A stretch of DNA of 30,083 bases. Source: Gemmatimonadota bacterium (GTDB lineage Bacteria; Gemmatimonadota; Gemmatimonadetes; Longimicrobiales; RSA9). Both the position numbers and the translations under genes were made by a program. The stretch spans positions 1 through 30,083 of the forward strand of contig JBBDRO010000051.1 in assembly GCA_040905425.1 (NCBI GenBank), in the 5' to 3' direction. The notes beneath the pieces were generated by a model. That model was not told where the DNA came from. It saw nothing but the letters and a program-made list of their open reading frames with translations, and made no database searches. Numbering within the stretch: the stretch's first letter is position 1; every line of letters starts with the position of its first letter. Shown here in pieces: positions 15,520-25,831 of this stretch.

Positions 15520-16686
15520 ATGGCAGCGGTCAAAGCCGAGTTTCCGATCGAGCAGGTGGTCAAGATGCTCGACAAGGTGCCTCTCTTCGAGGGGCTTCCG
15601 ACCAGCGACCTGGAGCGCATCGCCGCGCTCGTGCGCGGCCGGGAAGTGGCGGAGGGCGAGCAGCTCTTCCGCGAGGGGGACGCCGGCGACCGCTTCTACA
15701 TTGTCCATTCCGGCGCGGTGGAGATCCTGAAGGAGCGGCCGCGCGGTGATCACGAGCGCCTGGCCGTCAAGCGCGCGGGTGAGGCGTTCGGCGAGATGGC
15801 GCTGCTCACCGACGCGCCGCGCTCGGCCACCGTGCGGGCGCTGGAGGCCACGCGGTTGCTGAGCGTCTCGCGCGCGCAGTTCGACGAGTTGCTGGGCGGC
15901 GAAGGGCTGGCCGTGCGCCTCATGAAGGGGCTGGCCCGCGCGCTGCGGGCGCTGGACGTGCGCTTTGCCGCGCGCGAGGCGGGCGGCGGTGGGGACGCGC
16001 TGAAGGGCTTCAACCGCTACCTGCAGAAGGGTCTCCTGCCGCGCGCGGCGCCGGGCGTGGACGGCTACGACGTGGGCGGCGGGTGCGCGGTGGACGAGGG
16101 GGACGTGAGCCAGTCCCTGTGGGACGCCATCGAGCTGCCCGGGAACGCAAAGCTGCTGGCGGTGTTCGACGTGAAGGGGGAGACGCTTCCCCCGGCCCAT
16201 CTGCTGGCCGTGGCCCGCGCTCTGCTACGCGAAATCGCCGAGCGTGAAGAATCGCTCGAGGCCATCCTGACACGCCTCAACGAGGCCGTGGCCCGGAGCC
16301 TCTTCGAGGGTCTGGACCTGTGCGTGCAGGTGCGCCTGGCGCACATCACGCCCGCCGGCCTGCGCTGCGCCGCGGCCGCCGAGGATCCGATTCTGGTGGT
16401 CCGGGCCGGTGGGGACGTGGAGGAAATGGCTCCCGACGGTCCGCCGCTGGGGATCCTGCCCAGCTTCGATTACGGCGCCACGGCGGTAACATGCCAGCCT
16501 GGTGATACGCTGCTGCTGCTCTCGGAAGCCGACCGACGGCTGGCGCGCGGCGCCGCCGACCTCCTGGCCCGCAGCGCGAAAACGCCCGCGGCCGAGACGG
16601 CGGGGGCCCTGCAGGGCGCGCTGCTGCGGGCCGCGGAGGCCCGGCAGGGCAAGGACATCTGCTTCATACTGGCACGCAAGAAATAG
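15520..16686 (+). CDS. Cyclic nucleotide-binding domain fused to a degenerate SpoIIE/PP2C-like domain
   Basis: LFREGDAGDRFYIVHSGAVEI and FGEMALLTDAPRSATVRA (intact phosphate-binding cassette); C-terminal LQKGLLP, LLAVFDVKG, GPPLGILP, PGDTLLLLSE, KDICFIL follow the SpoIIE pattern. ATG 15520 preferred over TTG 15475. Confidence 0.88.
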   Translation: MAAVKAEFPIEQVVKMLDKVPLFEGLPTSDLERIAALVRGREVAEGEQLFREGDAGDRFYIVHSGAVEILKERPRGDHERLAVKRAGEAFGEMALLTDAPRSATVRALEATRLLSVSRAQFDELLGGEGLAVRLMKGLARALRALDVRFAAREAGGGGDALKGFNRYLQKGLLPRAAPGVDGYDVGGGCAVDEGDVSQSLWDAIELPGNAKLLAVFDVKGETLPPAHLLAVARALLREIAEREESLEAILTRLNEAVARSLFEGLDLCVQVRLAHITPAGLRCAAAAEDPILVVRAGGDVEEMAPDGPPLGILPSFDYGATAVTCQPGDTLLLLSEADRRLARGAADLLARSAKTPAAETAGALQGALLRAAEARQGKDICFILARKK

Positions 16687-16700
16687 AAGGAAGGCTGTAC

Positions 16701-16997
16701 ATGCCCACGGAGAAGGACGTCCGGCGCGCCCTCAGGCGGGTCAAGGACCCTGAGCTGAACCTGGACCTGGTGGTCCTGGGGCTCATCTACGACATCGACA
16801 TCCACGACGAGCACGTGAAGGCCACCATCTCCCTCACGAGCCCGTTCTGCCCGGCGGCGAACCAGATCATCGAGGACACCAAGAGCGCCATCGAGGGCGT
16901 GGAGGGTGTGAGCACCGCCGAGGTGGAGCTCACCTTCGATCCCCAGTGGACGCCCGAGCGCATCGACCCCGTGATCCGGGCGTCACTCGGCATCTGA
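16701..16997 (+). CDS. sufT: DUF59/SufT-family metal-sulfur cluster assembly factor
   Basis: VKDPELNLDLVVLGLIYDI, LTSPFCPAA and ELTFDPQWTPE are the DUF59 signature (DPE..T..C). RBS AAGGAAGG. Confidence 0.9.
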   Translation: MPTEKDVRRALRRVKDPELNLDLVVLGLIYDIDIHDEHVKATISLTSPFCPAANQIIEDTKSAIEGVEGVSTAEVELTFDPQWTPERIDPVIRASLGI

Positions 16998-17007
16998 GGC
17001 CGCCCTC

Positions 17008-17805
17008 ATGGAGAAGAACGTGGCGGACATCGAGCTGAATACGCGGGAGGCGGGGGAGGGTGACACCATCCTCTTCATCCATGGCTTCCCGTTCGACGGC
17101 GCGCTCTGGGAGCGGCAGCTGGCGGCGCTGCCGCCCGGTTGGCGGGGGCTGGCGCCCGACCTGCGCGGCTTCGGCCAGAGCCCGATGGGCAACGAATCCG
17201 TGCACTCCATGGAGCTGCTGGCCGACGACCTGGCCGCGCTACTCCGGGGCAGGGGCGTCGAGGAGGCCGTCATCTGCGGGCTCTCCATGGGCGGCTACGT
17301 GGCCTTCGCGCTGCGTCGGCGCCACCCGGAGCTGGTGCGCGCCCTGGTCCTGGCCGACACCCGCCCGGGCGCGGATAGCGCGGAGGGGCGCCAGAACCGC
17401 GAACGGCTGGCCGGCGCGGTGCGCACCGAGGGTGTGGCGCCCGTGGTCAACGCCATGCTGCCCAAGCTGGTCTCCATGGCCACGCGCGTGGAGCGGCCGC
17501 AGGTGGTGGAGGAGATCCGGGCCATGATGGAGCGGCAGCCGCCCGAGGGCGTGGCCCGCGCGCTGCTGGGCATGGCCGGGCGCCCGGACGCCGGCCCCGG
17601 CCTGTCCCGCATCGACGAGCCCGTGCTCGTCCTGGTGGGGGAGGAGGACGCCATCACGCCGCGCGGCGAGGCGCAACTCATGGCGCGCGCCATCCGCGGT
17701 GCGCGCATCGAAATCATCCCCGAGGCCGGGCACGTCTCCAACCTGGAGGCGCCGGACGCCTTCAACCGCGCGCTGGCGGGCTTCCTGAACGGCGTGCGGG
17801 GCTGA
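17008..17805 (+). CDS. Alpha/beta-fold hydrolase (enol-lactonase/esterase-like)
   Basis: IHGFP oxyanion motif, PDLRGFGQS, GLSMGG nucleophile, GEEDAIT acid, AGHVSNLE His. Confidence 0.92.
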   Translation: MEKNVADIELNTREAGEGDTILFIHGFPFDGALWERQLAALPPGWRGLAPDLRGFGQSPMGNESVHSMELLADDLAALLRGRGVEEAVICGLSMGGYVAFALRRRHPELVRALVLADTRPGADSAEGRQNRERLAGAVRTEGVAPVVNAMLPKLVSMATRVERPQVVEEIRAMMERQPPEGVARALLGMAGRPDAGPGLSRIDEPVLVLVGEEDAITPRGEAQLMARAIRGARIEIIPEAGHVSNLEAPDAFNRALAGFLNGVRG

Positions 17806-17813
17806 GCAGCCGG

Positions 17814-20387
17814 TTACTCCTCCATCATGTCGAGCTGGTCGGCGGCGCTGCTGGACGCGGCCGCCGCGGCAGACGCGTCTCCTTCGGGGGTCTCGTCCCC
17901 TGAGCCGGCCGCCGTGTCATCACCGGCCGCCCCGCTCGCCCCCGCCGCCCCGTCTCCCTCGCTGGCTACCCGCGCTACCTCCACCACCCGGTCCTCACCC
18001 TCCAGCGCCACCACCCGCTTGCCCTGTGTGGCCCGGCCCTGCACGGGGATCTCGTCGGCGGTGGCGCGCAGCGCTGCGCCCCTGGCGGAGAGCACCATCA
18101 GCTCATCCCCGGGGAGGAGCTCCTTGGCCCCCACCAGGGGACCGGTCTTGGTGCTCACGTCCAGCGTCACGGTGCCCAGGCCGCCGCGCTTCTGCACCGG
18201 GTAGTCCCCGATGGGCGTCCGCTTGGCGAAGCCGCGGGCCGTCACGCAGCACAGGGTGGCGTCGCGGCGCACCACCACCATGCCCACCACCTCGTCGCCG
18301 CCGCGCAGGTTGATGCCCCGCACGCCCTGCGAGACCCGGCCGGTGAGCGGGACGTCATTCTCGGGGAAGCGGATGGCCCGCCCCTTCGAGGTGACCAGCA
18401 CCACGTCATTGCTGCCGTCGGAGAGCTGCACGTCCAGTAGCCGGTCCCCGTCCTGCACCTTGATGGCGGCAATGCCGCCGGCGCGGATGTTGGCGTACTG
18501 GTCCAGGCCCGTGCGCTTCACCGTCCCGCCGGCCGTGAGGAAGAGCAGGGAGCGCGCCTCGTCGAATTCGGCCACCGGCGCCAGCGCCGCCACGCGGGAG
18601 CCCTTCTCCATGGTGAGGACCTGTGCCAGGGCGCGCCCGCGGCTGCTGGGCCCGCCCTCGGGCAGCTCCAGCACGGAGATGGCGTGGGCCTGCCCCTGGT
18701 CGGTGAAGAAGACCAGCGTGTCCGTGGTGTTGGCCACGAACACGTGCTCCAGGAAGTCATCCTCGTGGCGGTCCATGCCGGCCATGGCCCGGCCGCGGTT
18801 CATGCGCCGGCGGTAGAGCGCCAGCGGGACGCGCTTGATGTAGGACTGGTGGCTGAGTGAGACCACCACCTGCTCCTCGGCCACCAGGTCCTGGACCTCG
18901 AACTCCTCGGCCTGGTCCGTGATGGTGGTGCGCCGCTCGTCACCGAAGCGCTCCACCACGTCGTCCAGCTCGGCAATCAGCACCTCCAGCTGACGCTCCT
19001 CCGAGCGCAGGATGGCCTCCAGCTCGCGGATGAGCTTCTTCAGCTCGCGCAGGCGCGCCTTCAGCTCCTCCGTCTCCAGCGCGGTGAGCCGGCCCAGACG
19101 CATGTTCAGGATGGCGCGCGCCTGGATCTCCGAAAGCTCGAACTTCTTCTGCAGGGTGCGGCTGGCGTCGTCCTGATCGCTGGCCTTGCGAATGATGCGG
19201 ATGACGGCGTCGATGTTGTCCAGCGCCACCAGCAGCCCCTCGGCCACGTGCGCTTCGGCGCGCGCCTCCTCCAGGTCGTGGCGCGCGCGCCGCTGGATGA
19301 CGTCCAGGCGGTGGTCCCGGAAGCGCTCCAGCATCTCCTTCAGGTTCAGCTCGCGCGGCACGCCGTTGTCCAGCGCCAGCATGATGGCGCCGAAGGTGGC
19401 CTGCATGTAGGTGCCCCGGTAGAGCACGGCCAGCGTCTTCGTCACGTTGGCGCCGCGCTTCAGCTCCAGCACCAGGCGCATGCCGTCGCGATCCGATTCG
19501 TCGCGCAGGTCGGAGATGTCATCGATCTTCCGGTCCCGCGAGAGTTTGGCAATCTGCTCGATGACCTTGGCCTTGGAGACGCCGTACGGGATGGCGGTGA
19601 CCACGAGTTGCTCCTTGCCGCCGCGGAGCGCCTCCTTGACTACCACCGCACGCATGACGATGCGTCCCCGCCCGGTGCGGTACGCGTCGCGGATGCCGTC
19701 GCTGCCCAGGATGTAGGCGCCGGTGGGGAAGTCGGGGCCCGGCACGTGGTCCATCAGCTCTTCGACGGGGCACTCCGGATGGGCCACCAGGTGCCGCACG
19801 GCGGCGGCGATCTCACGCAGGTTGTGCGGCGGGATGTTGGTTGCCATGCCCACGGCAATACCGCTGCTGCCGTTGACCAGCAGGTTGGGGAAGCGGGCGG
19901 GCAGGACCTTCGGCTCCCGCAGCCGGTCATCGAAGTTGGGCACGAAGTCCACCGTGTCCCGGTCGATGTCGGCCAGCAGTTCGGTGGCCAGCTGCGTGAG
20001 GCGCGCTTCCGTGTAGCGGTAGGCCGCGGCGTTGTCCCCGTCGATCGAGCCGAAGTTGCCCTGCCCGTCGATGAGCGGGTAGCGCAGCGAGAAGTCCTGC
20101 ACCATGCGCACCATGGCGTCGTAAACCGCCGAGTCCCCGTGCGGGTGGTATTTGCCCAGCACGTCACCCACTACCGTGGCGCTCTTCTTGTGCGCCCGCG
20201 TGGGCAGCAACCCGGCCTCGTGCATGGCGTACAGGATGCGCCGGTGCACCGGCTTCAGGCCGTCCTTCACGTCGGGCAGCGCCCGCTGCACGATCACGCT
20301 CATGGAGTAGTCCAGGAAGGAGTCCTGCATCTCCTCCTCGATGAGCCGTGGCAGCACCCGCTCCCGCCTCGTAGCCATCGCCACCAT
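17814..20387 (-). CDS. gyrA: Type IIA topoisomerase subunit A (GyrA/ParC); lacks a canonical GyrA-box, so possibly the Topo IV subunit
   Basis: [39 protein letters not shown], catalytic [10 protein letters not shown], six beta-pinwheel blades and an acidic tail. RBS GGAGG 9 nt before ATG 20387. Confidence 0.93.
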   Translation of the reverse strand: MVAMATRRERVLPRLIEEEMQDSFLDYSMSVIVQRALPDVKDGLKPVHRRILYAMHEAGLLPTRAHKKSATVVGDVLGKYHPHGDSAVYDAMVRMVQDFSLRYPLIDGQGNFGSIDGDNAAAYRYTEARLTQLATELLADIDRDTVDFVPNFDDRLREPKVLPARFPNLLVNGSSGIAVGMATNIPPHNLREIAAAVRHLVAHPECPVEELMDHVPGPDFPTGAYILGSDGIRDAYRTGRGRIVMRAVVVKEALRGGKEQLVVTAIPYGVSKAKVIEQIAKLSRDRKIDDISDLRDESDRDGMRLVLELKRGANVTKTLAVLYRGTYMQATFGAIMLALDNGVPRELNLKEMLERFRDHRLDVIQRRARHDLEEARAEAHVAEGLLVALDNIDAVIRIIRKASDQDDASRTLQKKFELSEIQARAILNMRLGRLTALETEELKARLRELKKLIRELEAILRSEERQLEVLIAELDDVVERFGDERRTTITDQAEEFEVQDLVAEEQVVVSLSHQSYIKRVPLALYRRRMNRGRAMAGMDRHEDDFLEHVFVANTTDTLVFFTDQGQAHAISVLELPEGGPSSRGRALAQVLTMEKGSRVAALAPVAEFDEARSLLFLTAGGTVKRTGLDQYANIRAGGIAAIKVQDGDRLLDVQLSDGSNDVVLVTSKGRAIRFPENDVPLTGRVSQGVRGINLRGGDEVVGMVVVRRDATLCCVTARGFAKRTPIGDYPVQKRGGLGTVTLDVSTKTGPLVGAKELLPGDELMVLSARGAALRATADEIPVQGRATQGKRVVALEGEDRVVEVARVASEGDGAAGASGAAGDDTAAGSGDETPEGDASAAAAASSSAADQLDMMEE

Positions 20388-20575
20388 CTTTGCCGGCCTC
20401 CCCTTCCAGGTGCGTCACCGCGCGGGCAGGCCCCGTTGCGAAGCCCGCGCATGATCGATCCGTAACGTTCGGTATGTCTTCGGGGAGCGCAAGGTGTCGT
20501 GTGCAGCGGTGCGCGTCTCCCCCGCCAATGAAGGGGAGAGGAGGGACGAGCGCAATGTGGGGAGGAGGGCGGAGC

Positions 20576-21241
20576 TCAGTGCGCCGGGCCGGCGTCCGCG
20601 GAGGTGGCCACCGGGTAGCCGCGCTCGCGCGCATAATCCGCCAGGGCGCCACGCAGGATGCGGCGGCCGCGGAAGAGGCGGCTCTTGAGCGTGCCCAGCG
20701 GGACGCTGAGGCGCTCGGTGGCGTCGGCGTAGGGCAGCTCCTGCACGTCGCACAGGAGCACCGCTTCGCGGAAGTGGTCGGGAATGCGTTCGATCTCCTG
20801 CAACACGCGATGGCGCACGGCCACCGCCATGAGGCGCTCCTCGGGATCCCGGGGCGGCGCGCCGGTCAGCAGCGGCCGCGCTTCCGGCGCCTGCCGCTCG
20901 TGCGTTTCGTCCAGGCCGCCGGCCGCGCGCAGCATGACCTCCCGCCGCCGCCGCTCCCGCTGGCGATCCCGCAGGAAGGCGTTCCGGCAGATGGTGAAGA
21001 GCCAGCTGCGCGCCCGCGTCCCCGGCGTGAAGGTCTCCCAGGCGCGAAAGGCGCGCAGGTAGGTCTCCTGGACCAGGTCGTCGGCGTCGCTGGTGCTGTG
21101 GCACAGGCGGCGGGCGAAGCGCTGGACGGCGTCCAGGTGGGGCAGGGCCTCACGCTCGAAGGAGGCGGCCGGGTGGTCCGGCTCGCGGTGGAGGCGAACC
21201 GCGATGGTGGAAGCGGGGAATACGTCGTTTCCTGCCTGCAT
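20576..21241 (-). CDS. ECF-type RNA polymerase sigma-70 factor
   Basis: Region 2 FEREALPHLDAVQRFARRL...DADDLVQETYLRAFRAW...SWLFTICRNAF; region 4 IPDHFREAVLLCDVQELPY...PLGTLKSRLFRGRRIL. Start ATG 21241 (GGAGA upstream) or 21274/21280. Confidence 0.92.
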   Translation of the reverse strand: MQAGNDVFPASTIAVRLHREPDHPAASFEREALPHLDAVQRFARRLCHSTSDADDLVQETYLRAFRAWETFTPGTRARSWLFTICRNAFLRDRQRERRRREVMLRAAGGLDETHERQAPEARPLLTGAPPRDPEERLMAVAVRHRVLQEIERIPDHFREAVLLCDVQELPYADATERLSVPLGTLKSRLFRGRRILRGALADYARERGYPVATSADAGPAH

Positions 21242-21287
21242 TGTCTCCGGCCGCGTCGATGTGTTCCGATTCATCCCCATATAGAGT

Positions 21288-21299
21288 TGAAACGTTTCA
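21288..21299. promoter_or_regulatory. Perfect 12-bp palindrome resembling a LacI-family operator
   Basis: TGAAACGTTTCA in an AT-rich patch between the TPR gene and the ECF sigma start; central CG flanked by AAA/TTT fits LacI/GalR operators. Confidence 0.45.
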
Positions 21300-21380
21300 G
21301 TCGCGGATTCTGAGACACCGCCGGCCGGGAAGGGCCGCTGGCCGACGACGCTGCTGACCGGCGCGGGCGCCTGGTACTGC

Positions 21381-21695
21381 TCAGTCCCAGTCCTCCAGCA
21401 CCTCCTCGAATTCGGCCGCCATGGTGGGGTGGCCGTGGCGCTCGGCTTCCTGGACGCCGCGCTGGTACGCGGCGCGCGCTTCCTCGTGGCGGCCGAGCTG
21501 GCGCAGGGCGTGGCCCAGCCGCCCCCAGGCGTTGCCCTCGTCCTCGGCCAGCGCCAGGTAGGCGCGCAGGTGGTCGGCCGCCGCCTCCCAGCGCCCGGCC
21601 TTCTCCATCTCGGCGGCCAGGCCGAAGCGCACGCGGGTGTCGTTGGGGTCACGCTCGAGCATGTGCTGCAGGCTGTGGATGCGGGCGTCTTCCAT
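21381..21695 (-). CDS. Small tetratricopeptide-repeat protein
   Basis: 104 aa with two TPR units (DPNDTRVRFGLAAEMEKAGRWEAA; AWGRLGHALRQLGRHEEARAAYQRG). Confidence 0.85.
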   Translation of the reverse strand: MEDARIHSLQHMLERDPNDTRVRFGLAAEMEKAGRWEAAADHLRAYLALAEDEGNAWGRLGHALRQLGRHEEARAAYQRGVQEAERHGHPTMAAEFEEVLEDWD

Positions 21696-21712
21696 AGTGT
21701 CCCCTGGATGCG

Positions 21713-23385
21713 TCAGAGTCCCGGGCGGGCGTCACCGAGCGCCCGTTGCCCCAGTATGAAGACCGCGGTCATCAGGACGATGAGCAGCACGGCGTAGGCG
21801 GCCGCCGCGCCGAAGTCGAAGGCGCGCAGCTGCGCCAGGATCTCGATGGAGATGGGGCGCGTACGGTGCGTGTAGAGCAGGATGGACGCCACGAACTCGC
21901 CGAGCGCCGTGACGAAGGCCAGCATGGCGCCGGCCGCCAGCCCCGGCAGCACCAGCGGCAGCGCCACGCGCCGCATGGTGGCGGGCCAGGTGGCGCCGAG
22001 CGAGGCCGCCGCCTCCTCCAGCGACGGGTCGAACTGCCGGAAGCTGGTCAGCGCCGCCCGCGTCACCAGCGGGATGTTGCGGATGAAGTAGGCCAGCGGC
22101 AGGATGGCGCCCGTACCCACCAGCAGGAAGCGGCCGGCCAGCGGCTGGTCCACGCTGAAGGTGGTGGCCAGCGCCACGGCCAGCACGGTGCCCGGCAGCG
22201 CCCACGGCAGCGTCACCAGCGTGCTCACCAGCCCGCGCAGCGGCGCCCCCCGGCGCGCCAGCAGGTAGGCCGCCACGAACGCCAGCAGCACGTTGCCCAC
22301 CGTGGCCACCGTGGCCATGCGCAGCGAGTTCAGGATGGGCACGAACGCCTGCCGGTCCGTGAAGACCTGCACGTAGTTCTCGCCGCTGTAGGCGGGCGGA
22401 AAGAGCTCCGTGGTCCACGTCCCGTCCGGCACCAGGGAGACCACCAGGACGGTGGCGTGCGGCAACAGCAGGAAAGCGACGAGGCCGCCCGCCAGCGCCG
22501 TCACGCCCCAGCGTGTCCCGGCGGACGCCGGGTCCGCGGGGGCGCCACGCTGGCCGGGCCCCTTGCCGGCGCCCGTGTAGAGGCGCGCCGCTTCGTAGCG
22601 CTGCAGCAGCGCCAGGAAGAGCAGCGAGGACGCCGCCAGCACCACCGCTTCCACCGCCACCAGCCCCAGTGCGCCGTTCAGCTTGCTGGCAAAGAGCTGC
22701 GTGGTGAGCACGCGGAAGTTGCCGCCGAACACGTAGGGCGCGCTGAAGGAGGCCATGGAGGTCATAAAGACCAGTAGCCCCGCTCCCCCCAGCGCGGGCG
22801 CCAGCATGGGCAGCGTGACGCGCCGGAGCATCCCCCAGCGGGAAGCGCCCAGCGAGGCGGCCGCCTCCCCCAGCGCCGGGTCCAGGCGCGCCAGCGCCGC
22901 GCTCGTGAACAGGTAGAAGTACACGTACATGGTGTAGGCGTGGACCAGCAGGATGGCGCCCGCCCCGCTGAGCCGCCACGGCGGCGCGGCCAGGCCGAGC
23001 AGCTCCTGCAGGCCGCGCGTCAGGAAGCCGGTCTCCCCGTACAGGAAGAGGAAGGCAATGACGCCCACGAGCGGCGGCAGCAGAACGGGGAGGGAGACCA
23101 GCGCCCCCAGGATGCGCCGCCCGGGGAAGTCCGCGCCCGCGAAGAGGAAGGCCAGCGGCACGCCGATGAGGCCGGCCAGCACCACGCTGGCGCCGCTGAT
23201 CCACAGGCTGTTCCACAGCGCCCGCAGCTCGGCGCCGCTCGACACGAAGGTGCGGTAGTGGTCCAGCGTCCAGCCGCCGGCGTCCCGCAGGCTGTCCAGC
23301 AGCACGAAGAGGTTGGGGTAGGCCACCGCCCAGAGGAGGAGCGCGGCCACGCCGCCGGCCAGCAGGAGCGTGCGGCGGGCGGCGC

Positions 23386-23389
<4 letters not shown>
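21713..23389 (-). CDS. ABC transporter permease, fused double domain (FbpB / iron-type)
   Basis: Multiple TM helices and two EAA loops (LDPALGEAAASLGAS; FDPSLEEAAASLGAT). ATG 23389 overlaps the ATPase stop. Confidence 0.93.
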
Positions 23390-24483
<1,094 letters not shown>

Positions 24484-24488
24484 CCGCG

Positions 24489-25538
24489 CTACCGCCCGCC
24501 CCGGCCGCGCACGTGCTCGTCCCAGTGCATCATCCAGCTGTTGGACTGGGCCTGGAAGCGCTCCCAGTCCATGGGGTCGGAGATGATCTCCTCCTGCGCC
24601 CGGCGCAGTCCGTCCGGCAGCGAGTCCCCCGGAATGTCCGCGCGGGCCGGCAGGCGGAAGAAATCGCGTGCCGCGCGGATGATGGCCTCGTCGCTGCCGA
24701 TCCACTCCACAAACGCCGCCGCCTCCCCGGGATTGGGCCCCCCGGCCACCACGGCCACCGCGTCCACGGGCGTGGGCGTGCCGCTGGTGGGGAATACGTA
24801 GTCGATGGGGAAGGTGGTGCGCGCCTTCAGCTCCTCCAGGTCCGGCATGTCCCAGAGCGTGATGGCGCCCTCCTGCCGGGCCAGTTTCTGGTACAGGAGC
24901 GTGGGGTTCAGCACGTACTCCTTGGTCTGCGCGTCCAGCCGCCGCAGCCAGTCCATGCCCGCGGCCGTGTCCCCGGTCTCCCGGATGGAGCGGTCCACGA
25001 TCATGCCGAAGATGGCGCGCATGGTGCCGCTGGCCAGCGGGTCGCGGATGAGCACGCGCCCCGTCCACTGCGGCTCCAGCACCTCGTCCCAGTCCTTCGG
25101 CACCTCCTCGGCGGAGACCAGCTCGGTATTGTAGGCAATGACCTCGGGCGTGATGAAGGTGCCGTACCACATCCCCTCGGGATCCCGTGCGCTCGCCGGC
25201 AGCGCCCCGGCCCAGGACGGCTCCGTCTCCGCCAGCAGCCCCTCCCGCGCCGCGGTCTCGAAGAGCGGCGCCGGTGCGCCCCACCAGACGTCCGCCTGCG
25301 GATTGGCGCGCTCCGAGCGCACGCGCTCCAGGACCTCCTGCGAGCCCATGTCCAGCCACACCACGTCCACGTGGGGGTTGAGCTCCTCGTAGCGCGCCTC
25401 GAAGACCTCCAGGAGCTCCCGCCCGTGTGGGGAGTAGAGCATGAGCTGGGTGCGGCCGTCATCGCCGCCGCCGCAGGCCGCCAGCGCGGCCAGGGCCATT
25501 ACGCCAATGCATCGGCCGGATCGCTGTGATGATTTCAT
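24489..25538 (-). CDS. ABC transporter extracellular solute-binding lipoprotein (iron/FbpA-AfuA-like family)
   Basis: Lipobox LAAC after a hydrophobic stretch; LYSPHG, ERANPQADVWWG, IAYNTELV..PKDWDEVL, RDPLASGT. Start ATG 25538. Actual ligand not determinable. Confidence 0.9.
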   Translation of the reverse strand: MKSSQRSGRCIGVMALAALAACGGGDDGRTQLMLYSPHGRELLEVFEARYEELNPHVDVVWLDMGSQEVLERVRSERANPQADVWWGAPAPLFETAAREGLLAETEPSWAGALPASARDPEGMWYGTFITPEVIAYNTELVSAEEVPKDWDEVLEPQWTGRVLIRDPLASGTMRAIFGMIVDRSIRETGDTAAGMDWLRRLDAQTKEYVLNPTLLYQKLARQEGAITLWDMPDLEELKARTTFPIDYVFPTSGTPTPVDAVAVVAGGPNPGEAAAFVEWIGSDEAIIRAARDFFRLPARADIPGDSLPDGLRRAQEEIISDPMDWERFQAQSNSWMMHWDEHVRGRGGR

Positions 25539-25626
25539 GGCCTGCAAGCTAAAGCGGTAAGGGTCCGTAGTCACGCCGACGGGCGGTCGGGCCGTTGGGC
25601 GGGCGCAGGCGGATCGGGCGTGCGGT

Positions 25627-25666
25627 TGAGCGCGGGCGCCTGAGCGCGGGCGCCTGAGCGCGGGCG
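25627..25666. repeat. 14-bp tandem repeat, about 3 copies (TGAGCGCGGGCGCC)
   Basis: Exact copies at 25627-25640 and 25641-25654, and a 12-nt partial copy at 25655-25666. Confidence 0.85.
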
Positions 25667-25742
25667 GCCACAATTTTCCGCGAGCGCAGGCAGGTAGGTG
25701 CTGGAACGCCCGGGGCTGCACCAAGGTCCGGCCCGGTCTGCC

Positions 25743-25770
25743 GCCAAAATACTTTATAAAGTATTTTGGC
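25743..25770. promoter_or_regulatory. Perfect 28-bp AT-rich palindrome, candidate operator overlapping a putative minus-strand sigma-70 promoter
   Basis: GCCAAAATACTTTA|TAAAGTATTTTGGC with no loop. On the minus strand TTGAGC (25774-25769)-17 nt-TATTTT (25751-25746) points toward the ABC operon. Confidence 0.6.
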
Positions 25771-25831
25771 TCAACCACGCGGCAATTGTGTAAAATCTCC
25801 GGGTGCTGCGTACTCCCCGGCCCGCTCCCCT

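Noticed and set aside
7405..16686. Reading the cyclase/caspase/cNMP/MBL locus as CBASS, Pycsar or CRISPR-associated caspase defence
   Set aside because: No CD-NTase, cas genes, SAVED/CARF or TIR domains. The cyclase is a CHASE2 transmembrane ATP-type enzyme, the caspase appears exported and has no nucleotide sensor, and the cNMP domain has no toxic effector. A defence role is not excluded but is unsupported.
25539..25742. Possible riboswitch upstream of the ABC operon
   Set aside because: No TPP, cobalamin, SAM or other recognisable conserved core by eye; an Rfam scan would settle it.
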